Positions 10,831-23,592 of a stretch of 64,000 bases of DNA are shown here, one piece after another (within the stretch, counting starts at the first letter, position 1; each line of letters begins with the position of its first letter). The DNA is from Paraspadella gotoi. Lineage: Eukaryota > Animalia > Chaetognatha. The stretch is taken from the NCBI GenBank assembly GCA_051294375.1, contig JBJCIZ010000239.1:5134255-5198254 (forward strand). The letters run 5' to 3'. The notes beneath the pieces are model-generated. The model was not told where the DNA came from. It did not search any database and worked only from the letters and a program-made list of their open reading frames with translations. The position numbers and the translations under genes are program-made.

Positions 10831-11802
10831 GAGAGTTGTCACAACAAATCGACTCGTGAGTTCCAAAGTTGATATTAAGCGTGAAACTGTTGTTTTTAAC
10901 TTTTGACTTTCGCATCATTACGAATCGCGTCGTTGCGTTGTCGTTGTTGTCATTGTCTTCGTCGCATGCGGTTGCCCATCACGTTTAGTCTTTGTGTTGT
11001 TGTTGTCGTCGTTGTTCGTTGTCGTCGTTGGACTCCCCATCGTCTCGTCTTTCTTCGTGACGTCATTTTCGTCCTTCCAATTCCTCTCCCGCAGTTCCTC
11101 TCTCTCTCTCTTCTCTCTCTCTCTCTCATCCTCTCTCTCTCTCTCTCTCTCTCATCTCTGATCTCGCTCTCCCTCGGGGAGTCAGCGTATCTCTCTCTCT
11201 CCCCCCTATTCCCCCCTCCTTTTTTACGGCTTTCAATCTTGGAAACGACCAAATCTCGATCAGGAGAATCCGAGCCACTTCCCCTTTTCTTTTGCCTTGG
11301 CTTTACTTTTCTTTTTTTCTTCTTTTTATTTTCCTTTTTCTTTGGTCTTTATTCTTTATGTCTTTTTCTTGTTATTTCTTTTTTTTTTTTCTTTTCCTTT
11401 TTATTCTTCTTTATTTTCTCTTATTTTTTCTTTACCTTTTTAATCTTTGTCTTTACTTTTCTTTCTCTTTCTCTTTCTTTTTTCCTTCCTCTCTCTCCTT
11501 TGTCTCTTTCTTTTCCCTCTCTTTTCCAACCCCGCCTCCCCCTGCCTACATTAACCCCTTACCCTCACTCCGACTATCGCCTCGGCCAGAGACAAATTGA
11601 AGAGTTCATAACCCTAATTCAGCCACCGTCATTGATTTCCTTCTCTCTCTCTCTCCTCCTCGTCTCTCTTTTCTCTCTCTCTCTCTCTCTCTCTCATCTC
11701 GCTCTTCGCACCATCTTCAATTGATGTCGCATTCTTCGACGAATTGGCTTTCTCCTCGAAAACCCACTTTGTCTGCTGAGAGAGAGAGAGAGAGAAGAAG
11801 AG

Positions 11803-11874
<72 letters not shown>

Positions 11875-12936
11875 AAATTGTTTTCTTATTGAAAAAGGCC
11901 GGTAATTTTTTGGGGAGTGTTCATAATAAATCAATAAAAACGAGAACAGAAAGTGACCAATTTTGTAAGCATTGAAATCACCATGTGGTAAATTAAAAGT
12001 TCAAACAAGGTGTTCTCCATTCGTTTAATTGCTATATAAAACGCAGTTTTATTAATCTTTATAAAGAAATAATTACTTTGGGTTTGTTTTGGCTTTTTTT
12101 TTTCAAAAGTTATTCTTCTATTAACCGAACCTGAAATAAAAAAAATGTGACCGTAAATTTTTTTTTTTCTAGTATGAAGCAGATAACAAAAAAAGTCCGA
12201 GATCCAATAAAATCAAAGTTTTGCGTTAAGTGAACTGAAAAAAACAAAGATAAAAACGCTATCGTTAACAACAGATTTAAGTTTGGTTTTTTTTTTTCCT
12301 CTAAAAACGCATGGAAAAAATGTTGTGTTGTGTTTTAACTATCGATGTTTTTTGGAGATTTTTCTTTGCGCATAACGTAACTTTGAATTAAGGTTCGATT
12401 AATTCTTCATCTTTTTTATATCATACTGCTCTAAAAAACCCTAATCTCTCTCTCTGCTCATCTCTCTCGACCTCATCTCTCTTCTCTCTGCCTCTCATTC
12501 TCTCTTCTCGTCTCTCGTTGATCTTTCTCTCATCTCTATTTTCATGCCACGCTCTTCATTTGGCTTCTTTGAGACTTTTTTCGGACATAATGAGCCGAAT
12601 TTTTTTTTTTCATTTTTTTCCGATAAAAGAAGGGTTTTTATTACTCATAGCTCTCTCTCTCTCGTCTCCTCTCTCGTCTCTCGTCTCTCTCTCTCTCTCT
12701 CTCCTCTCGTCTCTCGTCTCATCTCTCTTACATCTCTCTCTCTCTCTCCCGTCGCGAAAGGTAGGGTTTTTAATCACTCTGTTCGGCCTAAGAATTTTTC
12801 TTTAAACCCGCTTTTTTAACCGCGAAGACGGACAAACGATAATTTCTTTTCTTTTTTTTTCGAAAGGCATGAAAAATTGAGAGTCGACTGACTTTGGACA
12901 TCTGTGGAGGATGTGCTTGAGTGGGTTGAGGGGAAA

Positions 12937-13218
12937 GGGGCTCTATTTTACGAGAGTCCCCCATTTCTGTTCGGTTTTCTTCCAGATTTTAATATCTATT
13001 CCTATAAACTAATAATTCAATCCTTAATCATAATCCCTAAACTTAGTACCAAACCCTAACCTTAATTATAAAATCCAACTTGTAAACAAACTAAATCCCT
13101 CTCCCTAATCACTAACTTAATCCCAAACCTAATCCATAAACTCTAACCTAATCTTTAACAGAAAATAATTAACCTAATTTAGAATTTAAGATAAAATGAA
13201 GCCATAATGTGGATCCAC
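12937..13218 (+). mobile_element. CCCTAA-rich MITE-like element (repeated at about 19445 and 31329)
   Basis: ggggctctattttacgagagtccccccatttctgttcggttttcttccag followed by a ccctaa array and aatttagaatttaagataaaatg; matches 63003-63350 on the reverse strand. Confidence 0.55.
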
Positions 13219-13348
13219 TGCTGCGTAACTTGAATCAGTAACTTTAATTGTTGTCACATTTTCTTGCCTTTCTATGTAGTTTTAAAAGTCTTTTTATGTC
13301 TCTTTATGCCATTTTATGTCATTCTTCACTTATGGGCTGATATTTGTA

Positions 13349-13398
<50 letters not shown>

Positions 13399-14643
13399 TT
13401 TTTTCCTTCTTAGTCATTTGTCCTTAGACTTTTTAAATCATTCGAATCAAAGTTCAACTTATTCAACCCGTCATCGTTTTATGTCGGTCTTTGTCCTCAA
13501 ATGTTTTGGTCATTACAACCCCATAAACTGCGTCGTCTTGATCGTCGTTGTTGTCGTCGTCGTCGTCGTCGTCGTCGTCTTTTTGATTAAAGGCGTTCGT
13601 TTTTCTCTGCCCTTTTATGGTTCGCTCTTTTTTTTTTTGTCATTTTGAGGGTCAAGTTCCAATTGGGGACAAAATAAATTCTCGTAACCCGTACGTGTTT
13701 TTAAATGCGTTTTAAGATTCCTCGTGTTGTGATGAATAATAATTAGAATAATTAAACTTTTAATAAAGAGAAACATGGACATAATCGTCTTGGCTTTCGT
13801 AACGGAAGCCTCGCAAATAAATTCGAGGTCATAACCTTTTTCACGCCCGCGGAGTCGAGGGTTCGTCGCCCGTCCAACCGAATGACGTTAGTTTCCTAGG
13901 ACAAGAAAAGTTGAATAACCTTTTTCTTCTATCGTTAAACATTTAATATTATTCTTAACAATTCCTTAAAATTTTTATGTTTTTACAATTAGACAGTCTT
14001 TTCTTTTAACTTTCATATTTCTTTATTAAATTTTACCAATAATTTATGAATATTTTATCAGTACTCAAAAAAAAAAACAAAAAAAACGCAAAGATATTCC
14101 GTCGAAAACAACACTACAATATGCAAATAAGTTTAAAGGAGAAAGGTACTGTGGTACAATTTAAATTTAATATATACGCGTTTTATTCGTTTATTCGTTG
14201 AATGCTAATGTTAATGAGTTCAACGGATAACTACATCTAAAGGAACAAATAACATCAACAGAAATATCGAAAAACAACGGAGAAAAAAGCAACAACGACA
14301 ACAAAAATGACGACGACAACAACATAATATAACAACAACAACAACAACAAGGAGAAGTCTAAGTCGCCCATCGTTTCGGTCGATGAAATCAAGAAGAGAA
14401 AAAAAGAATCACAACGCGAAACGAATTTGTTTGAGGACAACAACAACAACAACAACAATAACCTAAAAAAAGGAAGACGACGACGACGACGACAACGACG
14501 ACGACCACTTTTTGGTGAAGGATGGGGCGATTGTAAGCGACGACCCGAGACGACGATAACGATGTTGTGGTTGAGGATGTCTCTGTCTCTGTCTCTATCT
14601 TTCTTTCTCTCCATCTCTCTCTGTCTGTCTTTTTTTCCATCTC

Positions 14644-14694
14644 TTTCTTTCTTTCTCTTTTTTCTTTCTTTCTTTCTTTCTTTCTTGCTTTCCT

Positions 14695-14782
<88 letters not shown>

Positions 14783-14783
14783 T
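14644..14783 (+). repeat. (TTTC)n microsatellite
   Basis: Directly visible. Confidence 0.95.
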
Positions 14784-14798
14784 AATTCTTTTTCTTTT

Positions 14799-14843
<45 letters not shown>

Positions 14844-15134
14844 TTCAGTCTGTCTTTCTATTTTTATCTCTTATATAATTTAATGTAGAAATAAATCTTC
14901 TTACAAACATGATTTTTCTTCAAATCTTCTACGCCATTGTCGTCGTCGTTATCATCGTCGTTGTCGTCATCGTTGTCGTCACAAATCGGGTCTTCACGAT
15001 TTTGTGACAACCTCACATGTTACGTGTATTCGCTCTTTTTTGTTGTTGTTGTTGTTATTGTGGTTGTTGTTGCTTTCGTTTTTGCGGATGATGAAAGGTT
15101 GGAGGGAAAATGGTAATGAGGGAAATATGAAAAT

Positions 15135-15170
<36 letters not shown>

Positions 15171-15779
15171 CCACAGCGAGATACGTTTGAAAAAACTCAA
15201 ATGAACCCCGAATAAATAACGCGCTTTGTGAAATCTCTGTATCAATTCGATAGTACCCTACTCTCGTCTCTGCAACGAATCGACACAACAAATTAGAACC
15301 ATAATGACGACGACGGCGAACGACGACGAAGACGACGACGACGACGACGACGACATACTCTCACGACGCGTCTTCTTTCAACAAATGGCGCCTTTGAAGA
15401 TGAGAACTGAAAATTAAAAGCGAATTTCCGAAACTTTTAACTTTTTTGGGTTTTTTTTTATCGGTTTTTAAAAGGCTTTTCCCCACGATTTCAAAGCCCA
15501 AAATGTGGTTGTATTTTAATCGTCTTTCACTCGGGATTATTTAAAAAAAAAAGGATACACGGCATAATACAGTATTGTAAATAACTTACAATTAGCACTA
15601 TTGAGCCGACATCTTCATTCTCGCCGCTGTGTTTCAACGTGATTAGAAGAAATAAATTACAAAATTGTTAATAAATGAAAAAAGACAATAATGATGTGAT
15701 CAAAAAAATAAAAGATAATAAGGTTTTAGATGAAAATTAGCCCACGAAACGACTTAAACATTTACCTCTCCATCTCTCA

Positions 15780-15810
<31 letters not shown>

Positions 15811-16937
15811 AGAATTCTCTCCCGGGTCTCATCTGGACTCATTAAAAAACCAAAAAAAATCTTTGCTGGAGGTGTCTCGCACGCGCTCTGGGGTTCGATT
15901 TGCGCGGAAATTGCTGGTGAAGATGTATATGATCTTACGTGAGATTGAATCTTTCAATCTCATTTACATATTGTAGTTTAACCTAAATGAGTTTATTTTA
16001 CTTCTTTTATTTCAACTCAGTTCTGTTTTTTTTTTTCGGTTTTTTATGAAGTCAATTATAGTCTTTAGTACAATGAATTAATCAATCCATGATTCTCACA
16101 AGTAAGAGATTTCGAAGTAAAATTGAAGTACAATTGAAATTTCATTTTATAATAAAGCTGTATCTTTTGAACTCTTGGGTACTCTGGCGTCATTTTGCCA
16201 TCGTATAAATGGCATAGAGATTTGAAGAAAAAAAAAGATTTTGCTGCTGAATAGTTGTTGATGTAGTGTAGACCGCAAAACCTCTCTCGGCTGAGTCGTC
16301 TACAGCGATGCCTGGAGTGAAGGTGAGTATTCTTTTGTTCGAATGAGTCGGCGGGGAGAGGTGGAGGGAGGAGGAAGAGGAGGACGGAAAGAAGATTAAA
16401 GTGCAAGGACAAAAAATGCGGATCTCTTTTCAATGTGGCCCATTTCTGTTCGTTTTTCCCCGGTTGATCCTTAATTTTAACCCTAATCCTAACTGCAAGT
16501 CCCTATCACTACAAATCCAAACTTAATCACTTACGCTAATCCCGTAACTAATCCCATCCTTAACCTATATCAAATTCTTCAACTAAAAATTAATCAAAAT
16601 TTAAATCAAAGTGAAATTGGGTCGTTCTGGAATATAAGGCCGAAAGAGTTACTGAGGGTGAGAAAACAAGGTTGGAGTTGAGTTTGAGTTTGAGTAAAGA
16701 GTTACAAAAATTGATCGAAAGATTGACAGATTGAACAACGGATGGTACGGCAAATGTTTGGATGAAATGGATGTACAAAACATGTAGTGGTTTTATTTTA
16801 GTGAAGAAAAGGGTAAAGTGTGACGTCGTCGTCGTGTCGTCTTTCCTTAAACAAATGACCAAAGAAGCGGGAAGAGAGAGAGAGAGAGTAAAGAGAGAGA
16901 GAGAGAGATAGAGATAGAGAGAGAGAGAGAGAGAGGC

Positions 16938-16981
<44 letters not shown>

Positions 16982-19900
16982 GAAGAGAGGAACGAGAATT
17001 GTCAACAACAAATCGACCGTGAGTTCCAACGTTGATTTAACGTGAACTGGTTTTTAAAAACTTTTTGACTTTCCGGGGCATCAATTACGATCGTCGTCGT
17101 TGTTCGTGTGTCGTTGTTGTCATTGTCTCGTCGCATGCGGTTGCCATCACGTTCGTTAGTCCTTTGTTGTTGTTTGTTGTCGATTTGTTGTCGATTGTCG
17201 TCGTTGGAAATCCCCATCCGTCTCGATCTTTCTTCGTGACAGTCATTTTCGTCTTCCCAATTCCTCCTCCCGCAGTTCCTCTCTCTTCAGTCTTTCCTCT
17301 TCTCTCTCGTCTCTCTCTCTCTCTTCTCTCTCTTCTCTCTCTCCTCCCCTCTCTCCTCTCCTCTCCCTCTCTCCTCTCGTCCTCTCTCCCTCCTCACTCC
17401 TCCTCCCCTATTTCCCCCTCCTTTTACGGCTTTCATCTTGGAAAGCGACCACACTCGATCACGTGAGCAATCCCGAGCCACTGTTCCCCATTTCTTTTCA
17501 CTTGGCTTTACTTTTCTTTTTATTTCTTACTTTTTATTTTCGTTCTTTGGTTAAGTTTTTTCTTTTCTATCTACTTTTTTGTTCTCTTTTTATTTCTTTA
17601 CTTTTCTTTTCTTTGGCTTTACTTTACCTTTTTCTTTATTCTGTTTATTTTCTTATTTTTTTATTCTCTTATTTTGTTTTTCTTTACCTTTTTTTTATCT
17701 TGGCTTTACTTTTCTTTTCTTCTCTCTTTCTTTTTTCCTTCCCTTCTCTTCCTCTTCTTTTCTTCACCTCTCTTTCCAACCCGCCTTCCCCCGCCTCCTC
17801 ACTTAACCCCTCCTCCTCACCCGCACTCATCGCCTCCGGCCAGAGACAAATTTGAAGAGTTCATAAACCTACATTCAGACACCGTCATTGATTTCTTCCT
17901 CTCTCATCATCTCCCTCGTATCTCCTCTCGTTCTTCATCTCTCCTCTCTCTTCTCTCTCTCTTCTCATCTTCGCCCTCTCTCTTCCGTCTCTCTCTCCTC
18001 CTCCGCCTCCTCTTCCGCCCACCCCACCACCTCCTCTCTCCCAGATTGTCGTCGCTTCTCGACGAATTTGGCTTTCTCTCGAAACCCACTTTGTCTGCGT
18101 GAGAGAGAGAGAGAGAGAGAGACTGAGAGAGCAGAGAAGAGAGTAGAGAGAAGAGAAGAGGAGAGCACCGCACCCCCGACGCCCCAGACACCGCACCGCA
18201 CCGCCCCGAAAATTGTTTTCTTATTGAAAAAAGGCGGTAATTTTTGGGTGGAGTGTTCATAATAAATCGAATAAGACGAGGAACAGAAAGTGCACCCCCA
18301 CCTTCTCTCTCCACACACAGTTACAATCAACCCTCCACTCGTGTCTAACACATCCAAAACCACTGTCCTCCCCCCTCCCCCATCCCGTCTTACACTTGCT
18401 CCATATAACACACCGCATTTTACTCTTCTCACACAACCCCATACCTTACTCTCTCTGGCGTTTCCGTCTCTCTCCCCGCTCTCTTCTCTTATCTCTATCA
18501 CACCTCTTCTCTTCACTCTAACCAGCCACACTCGAAACTAAACAACCACCTGCACCGTCCCACACTCTTCTCTTCTCTCTCTCTACGCTACAACCTCGCA
18601 CACGCAGACCTCACACACACACACACAGCCCCTCGCGATCGATCCACCCCTACAAATCACAGCTTTTTGCCCTTAGCGCCCGAATCCGACAACCAACAAA
18701 CCAAAGATCACCCCAAACGCCCTACTCGTCTCACACACAGATTCTATGCCTCTCCTTTTTTTCCTCTAAAAACCACATGCAACACACCACAAAGTTGCCT
18801 GTTTGTCTTTCAACGCCCATCATTCTCTTTCCGCGACGACTTTTTCTCTCTCGCCACACCCTTTCACCCAGCGTTCCAATCTAACTTCCTCACCCCTCAT
18901 CTTTTTCTCTAATATATCTCTAAAAACCCCTAATGCTCTTCTCTCTCTCCCTTCCTCTCTCCTCCTCTCTCCTCCTCGTCTCTCTCCCCCCATCTCTCTG
19001 CTCTCCTCCTCTCTCCTCCTTCTCTCTCTCCTTCCTCATCTTTCAATCGCTCCCATCCGCCCCGCCCCCCCCCACCTCCTCACTCTGCTCTTCTGCACCC
19101 CACTTTACGGCACATCAACCCATCCGCCCAGCCGAACTTTCTCTCTCTTCCACTTTATATACGAAGGGTTTTTTACAATATACTCTCTCTCTCTCTCTTC
19201 TTCTCTCTCTTCTCTACTCTCTCTCTCTCTCTCTCTCTTCTTCTCTCTCTCTCTCTACTCTCCGTTCGCGAAAGGAGGGTTTTAATTCACTCTTCTCGCC
19301 CTAAATTTTCTTTAAACCCCTTTTTAAACCGCGAGACGGACAAACGAAATTTCTTTTCTTTTTTTTAGAAAGGATGAAAATAAGTTGAGAAGTCGAGCTG
19401 ACTTTGGAATCTTGTGGAGATGTGCTGAGTGGGTTGGAGGGGAAAGGGCTCTATTTACGAGAGTCCCCATGTTCTGTTCCGTTTTTCTTCCAGATTTTAC
19501 ATATTCTATTCCTATAGAACTAATAATTCAATCCTTATCATAATCTAAACTTAGTAACCGCAAACCCTAACTTAATTATAATTTAAGATCCAAGCTTGTA
19601 AACACAACTAAATCCTCTCCCTAATCACGTAACATTAATTCCCAAATCCTAGATCCATAAACTCTAACGCATAATCTTTAACAGAAAAATAATTAACTAT
19701 ATTTAGAATTTAAGATAAAATGAAAGCCATAATGTGGGATCACTGCTCGCGTTAATTGAAGTCATGTACTTTAATTGTGTTGTCAAACATTTTGCTTGCC
19801 TTTCTAGTGTAGTTTTAAAAAAGTCGTTTTATTCTCTTATAATGCCATTTATGTCATTCTTCATCTATGGGCGTGAATTTGTAGTCGTACCGTCGTCGTC

Positions 19901-20162
19901 GTCGTCGTCGTCCGTCGTGTCGTCGTCGTCGTCGTCGCTTTTTTCCTTCTTTAGTCATTTGTCCTTAGACTTTTTAAAAATCATCGAATCAAAGTCTCAT
20001 ACTTATCTCAACCCGTCATCCCGTTCTTACCTGCTCGGCTCCTTTGCTCTCACAATGTTCTCATGTCACTTAGCAACCCATAAACTGCGTCGCTCTGACC
20101 TCGTCCGCTCTCGTTCGCTCCGTCGCTCGTCGCCTCGCTAGTCGCCGTCCGTCGTCTTTTTG

Positions 20163-20826
20163 ACTCTCACACACGGGCTCACGCCGCAAATTTGTCAACT
20201 CGCGCGCTGCGTCAGCCAAGTTTGATTTGGGAAACCTTTCCAAATGAATACTTCATACATTTTGAGAAGAACTTTCAATGGACCAAAATTTTCCTAAAAT
20301 GGTAGAAGCATTGTAATTAATTTTTTAATATTTATTTATGAGATAGGAAATGTCAAAAATTTTTTTAAAATTTTGTTATTTTTAAAGCAGATTCAGATAG
20401 CTTATAACAAAAGTGTGTCTACACAAAGTTAATAATTCTTTTTTTCAAATATTTTGATGATAAGTGGGTCCAAACTGGGAAAAAACCTGAAAAAATCATC
20501 ATCATCATCATGATCCGATGTTTTAGGGCAGTTTTTTACTAATTTTAAGTAATAAAAACATCAAAATTCTTTAAAAAAGTTGTAATTATATTTTTGGCTT
20601 AACTTTTTAAGCTCTATCAGAATCATTAAAAAAACTAAAATATTAAAAAAAAATTTTTGACATATATATATGGGCAATATAATAATATAAATTCAGCGAA
20701 GTTACTCGCCTGGTTCGAAACATTTTTTCAAAAAATATTTAATACTAATAATTAATATCCAACTAATGGATTAGTTTAATGCTGTTCCCATTAAAATTTG
20801 AATTTTTGGTCGGCTACCGCTATTAA
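20163..20826 (+). mobile_element. TTAA MITE insertion (same text repeated at about 32041-32704)
   Basis: Absent from copy 1, where the site reads ttttgaTTAAaggcgttcg (about 13581-13599). Right end cggctaccgctaTTAA resembles cggctacccTTAA at 35980. The left end is noisy. Confidence 0.75.
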
Positions 20827-22020
20827 GCGTTCGTTTTCCTTCTGCCCTTTTATGGTTCGCTCTCTTTTTTTTGTCATTTTGAGGGTCAAGTTCCAATTGG
20901 CGGACAAATAAATTCTCGTAACGCCGTACGTGTTTTTAAATGCGTTTTAAGATTCCTCTGTTGTGATGAAATTAATAATAAGAAATAATTAAACTTTTAA
21001 TATAAGAGAAACATGGACATATCGTCTTGGCTTTCGTAACGGAAGCCTCGCAAATAATTTCGAGGTCATAACCTTTTTCACGCCCGCGGAGTCGAGGGTT
21101 CGTCGCCCGTCAAAACCGAGTACAAGAAAAGTTGAATAACCTTTTTCTTCTATCGTTAACATTTAATTATTAATCTTAACAATTCCCTTAAAATTTTATG
21201 TTTTTACAATTAGACAGTCTTTTCTCTTTAACTTTAATATTTCTTTATAAAATTTACCAATATTATGAATATTTTTCAGTACTCAAAGAAAAAAAACAAA
21301 AAACGCAAAGATATTCGTCGAAAACAACACTACAATATGAAAAAAGTTTAAAGGAGAAAGGTACTGTGGTACACATTAATAATTTAAATATATACCGGCG
21401 TTTTATTCGTTTATTCGTTGAATGCTAATGTTAATGAGTTCAACGGATAACTACATCTAAAGGAACAAATAACATCAACAGAAATATCGAAAAAACAACG
21501 GAGAAAAAAGCAACAACGACAACAAAAATGACGACGAGCAACAACATAATTACAACAACAACAACACAACAACAACAAGGGAAAGTTAAGTCGCCCATCG
21601 TTTTCGGTCGATGAAATCAAGAAGAAAAAAAGAATCACAACGCGAAACGAATTTGTTTGAGGACAACAACAACAACAACAACAATACACAAAAAAGGAAG
21701 ACGACACGACGCTACAACGACGAAACGACCACTTTTTTGGTGAAGGATGGGGCGATTGTAAGCGACGACGACGCCGAGACGACGATAACGATGTTGTGGT
21801 TGAGGATGTCTCTGTCTCTGTCTCTATCTTCTCTTTCTCTCCATCTCTCTCTGTCTGTCTTTTTTTCCATTCTCTTTCTTTCTTTCTCTTTTTTCTTTCT
21901 TCTTTCTTTCTTGCTGTTCCTTCTTTCTTTCCTTTCTCTTCTTTCTTTCTTTTCTTTCTTTCTTCTTTTCTTTCTTTTCTTTCTTTCTTTCTTTAATTCT
22001 TAATTCTTTTTCTTTTTTGA

Positions 22021-22063
<43 letters not shown>

Positions 22064-22390
22064 ACTCTCTCTCTCTTCTCCTCTTTCTCTCACTTTTCAG
22101 TCTGTCTTCTATTTTATCTCTTATATTAATTTAAGTGTAGAAATAAATCTTTACAAACATGATTTTTCTTCTTCAAATCTTCTACGAGCCATTGTCGTCG
22201 TCGTTATTCATCGTCGTTGTCGTCATCGTTGTCGTCACAAATCCGGGTCTTCACGATTTTGTGACAACTCACATGTTACGTTATTCGCTCTTTTTGTTGT
22301 TGTTGTTGGTTATTGTGGTTGTTGTTGCTTTCGTTTTTGCGGATGATGAGAGGTTGGAGGGAAAATGGTAATCGAGGGAAATTTGAAAAT

Positions 22391-22463
<73 letters not shown>

Positions 22464-22580
22464 GGAAATAGAGTGAGAGAAAAAGAGAAAGAGTTGAACT
22501 TTTTAAGTACGAGTTTTGAATTTTGTATAATCTTGTCTTCTCTCTCTCTCTCTCTNNNNNNNNNNNNNNNNNNNNNNNNN

Positions 22581-22618
<38 letters not shown>

Positions 22619-22688
22619 GGAAATAGAGTGATGGGAGAAAAGAGAAAGAGTTGACTTTTTAAGTATTAGTTTTGAATTTGTATAATCT

Positions 22689-22746
<58 letters not shown>

Positions 22747-22991
22747 ATTTTATCTTTCTTTCTTTATTTTTCTCTTTTCTTTCTTTTTCTATTTTCTTTC
22801 TTTCCTTCTATTTTTATATACTTCTTTCTATTCTTTCTATCGTTTTTATCTATCCTTCTTTTGTTTCTTTCTTTCTTTTTTTTCTTTCAGTTCAAACCAT
22901 TTTTTCCCTTTTGGCTTTCGATATTTTTATTCATTCATTTCCTTTTTGAATTCTCTTTTCGTTGCGGCTTCTATCACTTACCATCCTCTCT

Positions 22992-23050
<59 letters not shown>

Positions 23051-23592
23051 TCTCTCTCTCTCTCTCGTCTGATTTCACTTGCTGATAGAGTTTCCTTTTT
23101 CTCTGTTTTGTGAAATCTTATCCGTCTTTTGTCTAGACGAACTTTTACCGAACAAACGCGGATATATTTTTTGAAAAATTGAATTTTCCATTTTAGCTAA
23201 TCTAAAATTAACAAAAGCACCCTTCCCAATTATTTGGTATTATGATCATTTTTTTCATTTATAAAATTCTGAGCTCCTGTGAAATTTGTTTCGCCAAAAA
23301 TAATAGAATATACATGGTTTTTTTTTTGTTTTTTTTTTAATAATTTTTGGCGTCTCATAGATATCTAATTGTACCCAATTTATAAGAATTTAGAAAAGTC
23401 AGTTTTTTTTTATATATTTTGTCAAAAAATTTCGTTTTCAAATTGATCTGCATTTGTTTGAAATAATGACTGTTTGGATTCTTTCCTTAAATCATTTACA
23501 TTATTGCAGTATAATTTTGGGACCGATTCAACTGACTTTAAAATAAAGCATTAAACGTTTATGTAGGATTTTCCTCTAAAAATATAATTAAG

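Larger units (their letters stand above)
8385..15168 (+). repeat. Copy 1 of a triplicated block (probable assembly redundancy)
   Basis: Collinear with the blocks starting at 15169 and 27054 (e.g. ctttgtgaaatctctgtat at about 8427, 15223 and 27107). Contains internal re-duplications around the 25-N gap at 10323-10347. Confidence 0.85.

Noticed and set aside
10323-10940. Local tandem duplications next to N gaps (also 22556-22700, 26881-27053, 57645-58690)
   Set aside because: They re-read neighbouring sequence with independent indel noise; best explained as gap-overfill or stitching artefacts.
17900-19130. C-rich segment suggesting targeted hypermutation or a distinct insertion (also 29780-31010; similar noisy tracts at 52620-53100 and 55200-55690)
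   Set aside because: Collinear with clean copy 1 but dominated by C insertions, and duplicated verbatim; typical of a low-quality stretch of a raw long read.
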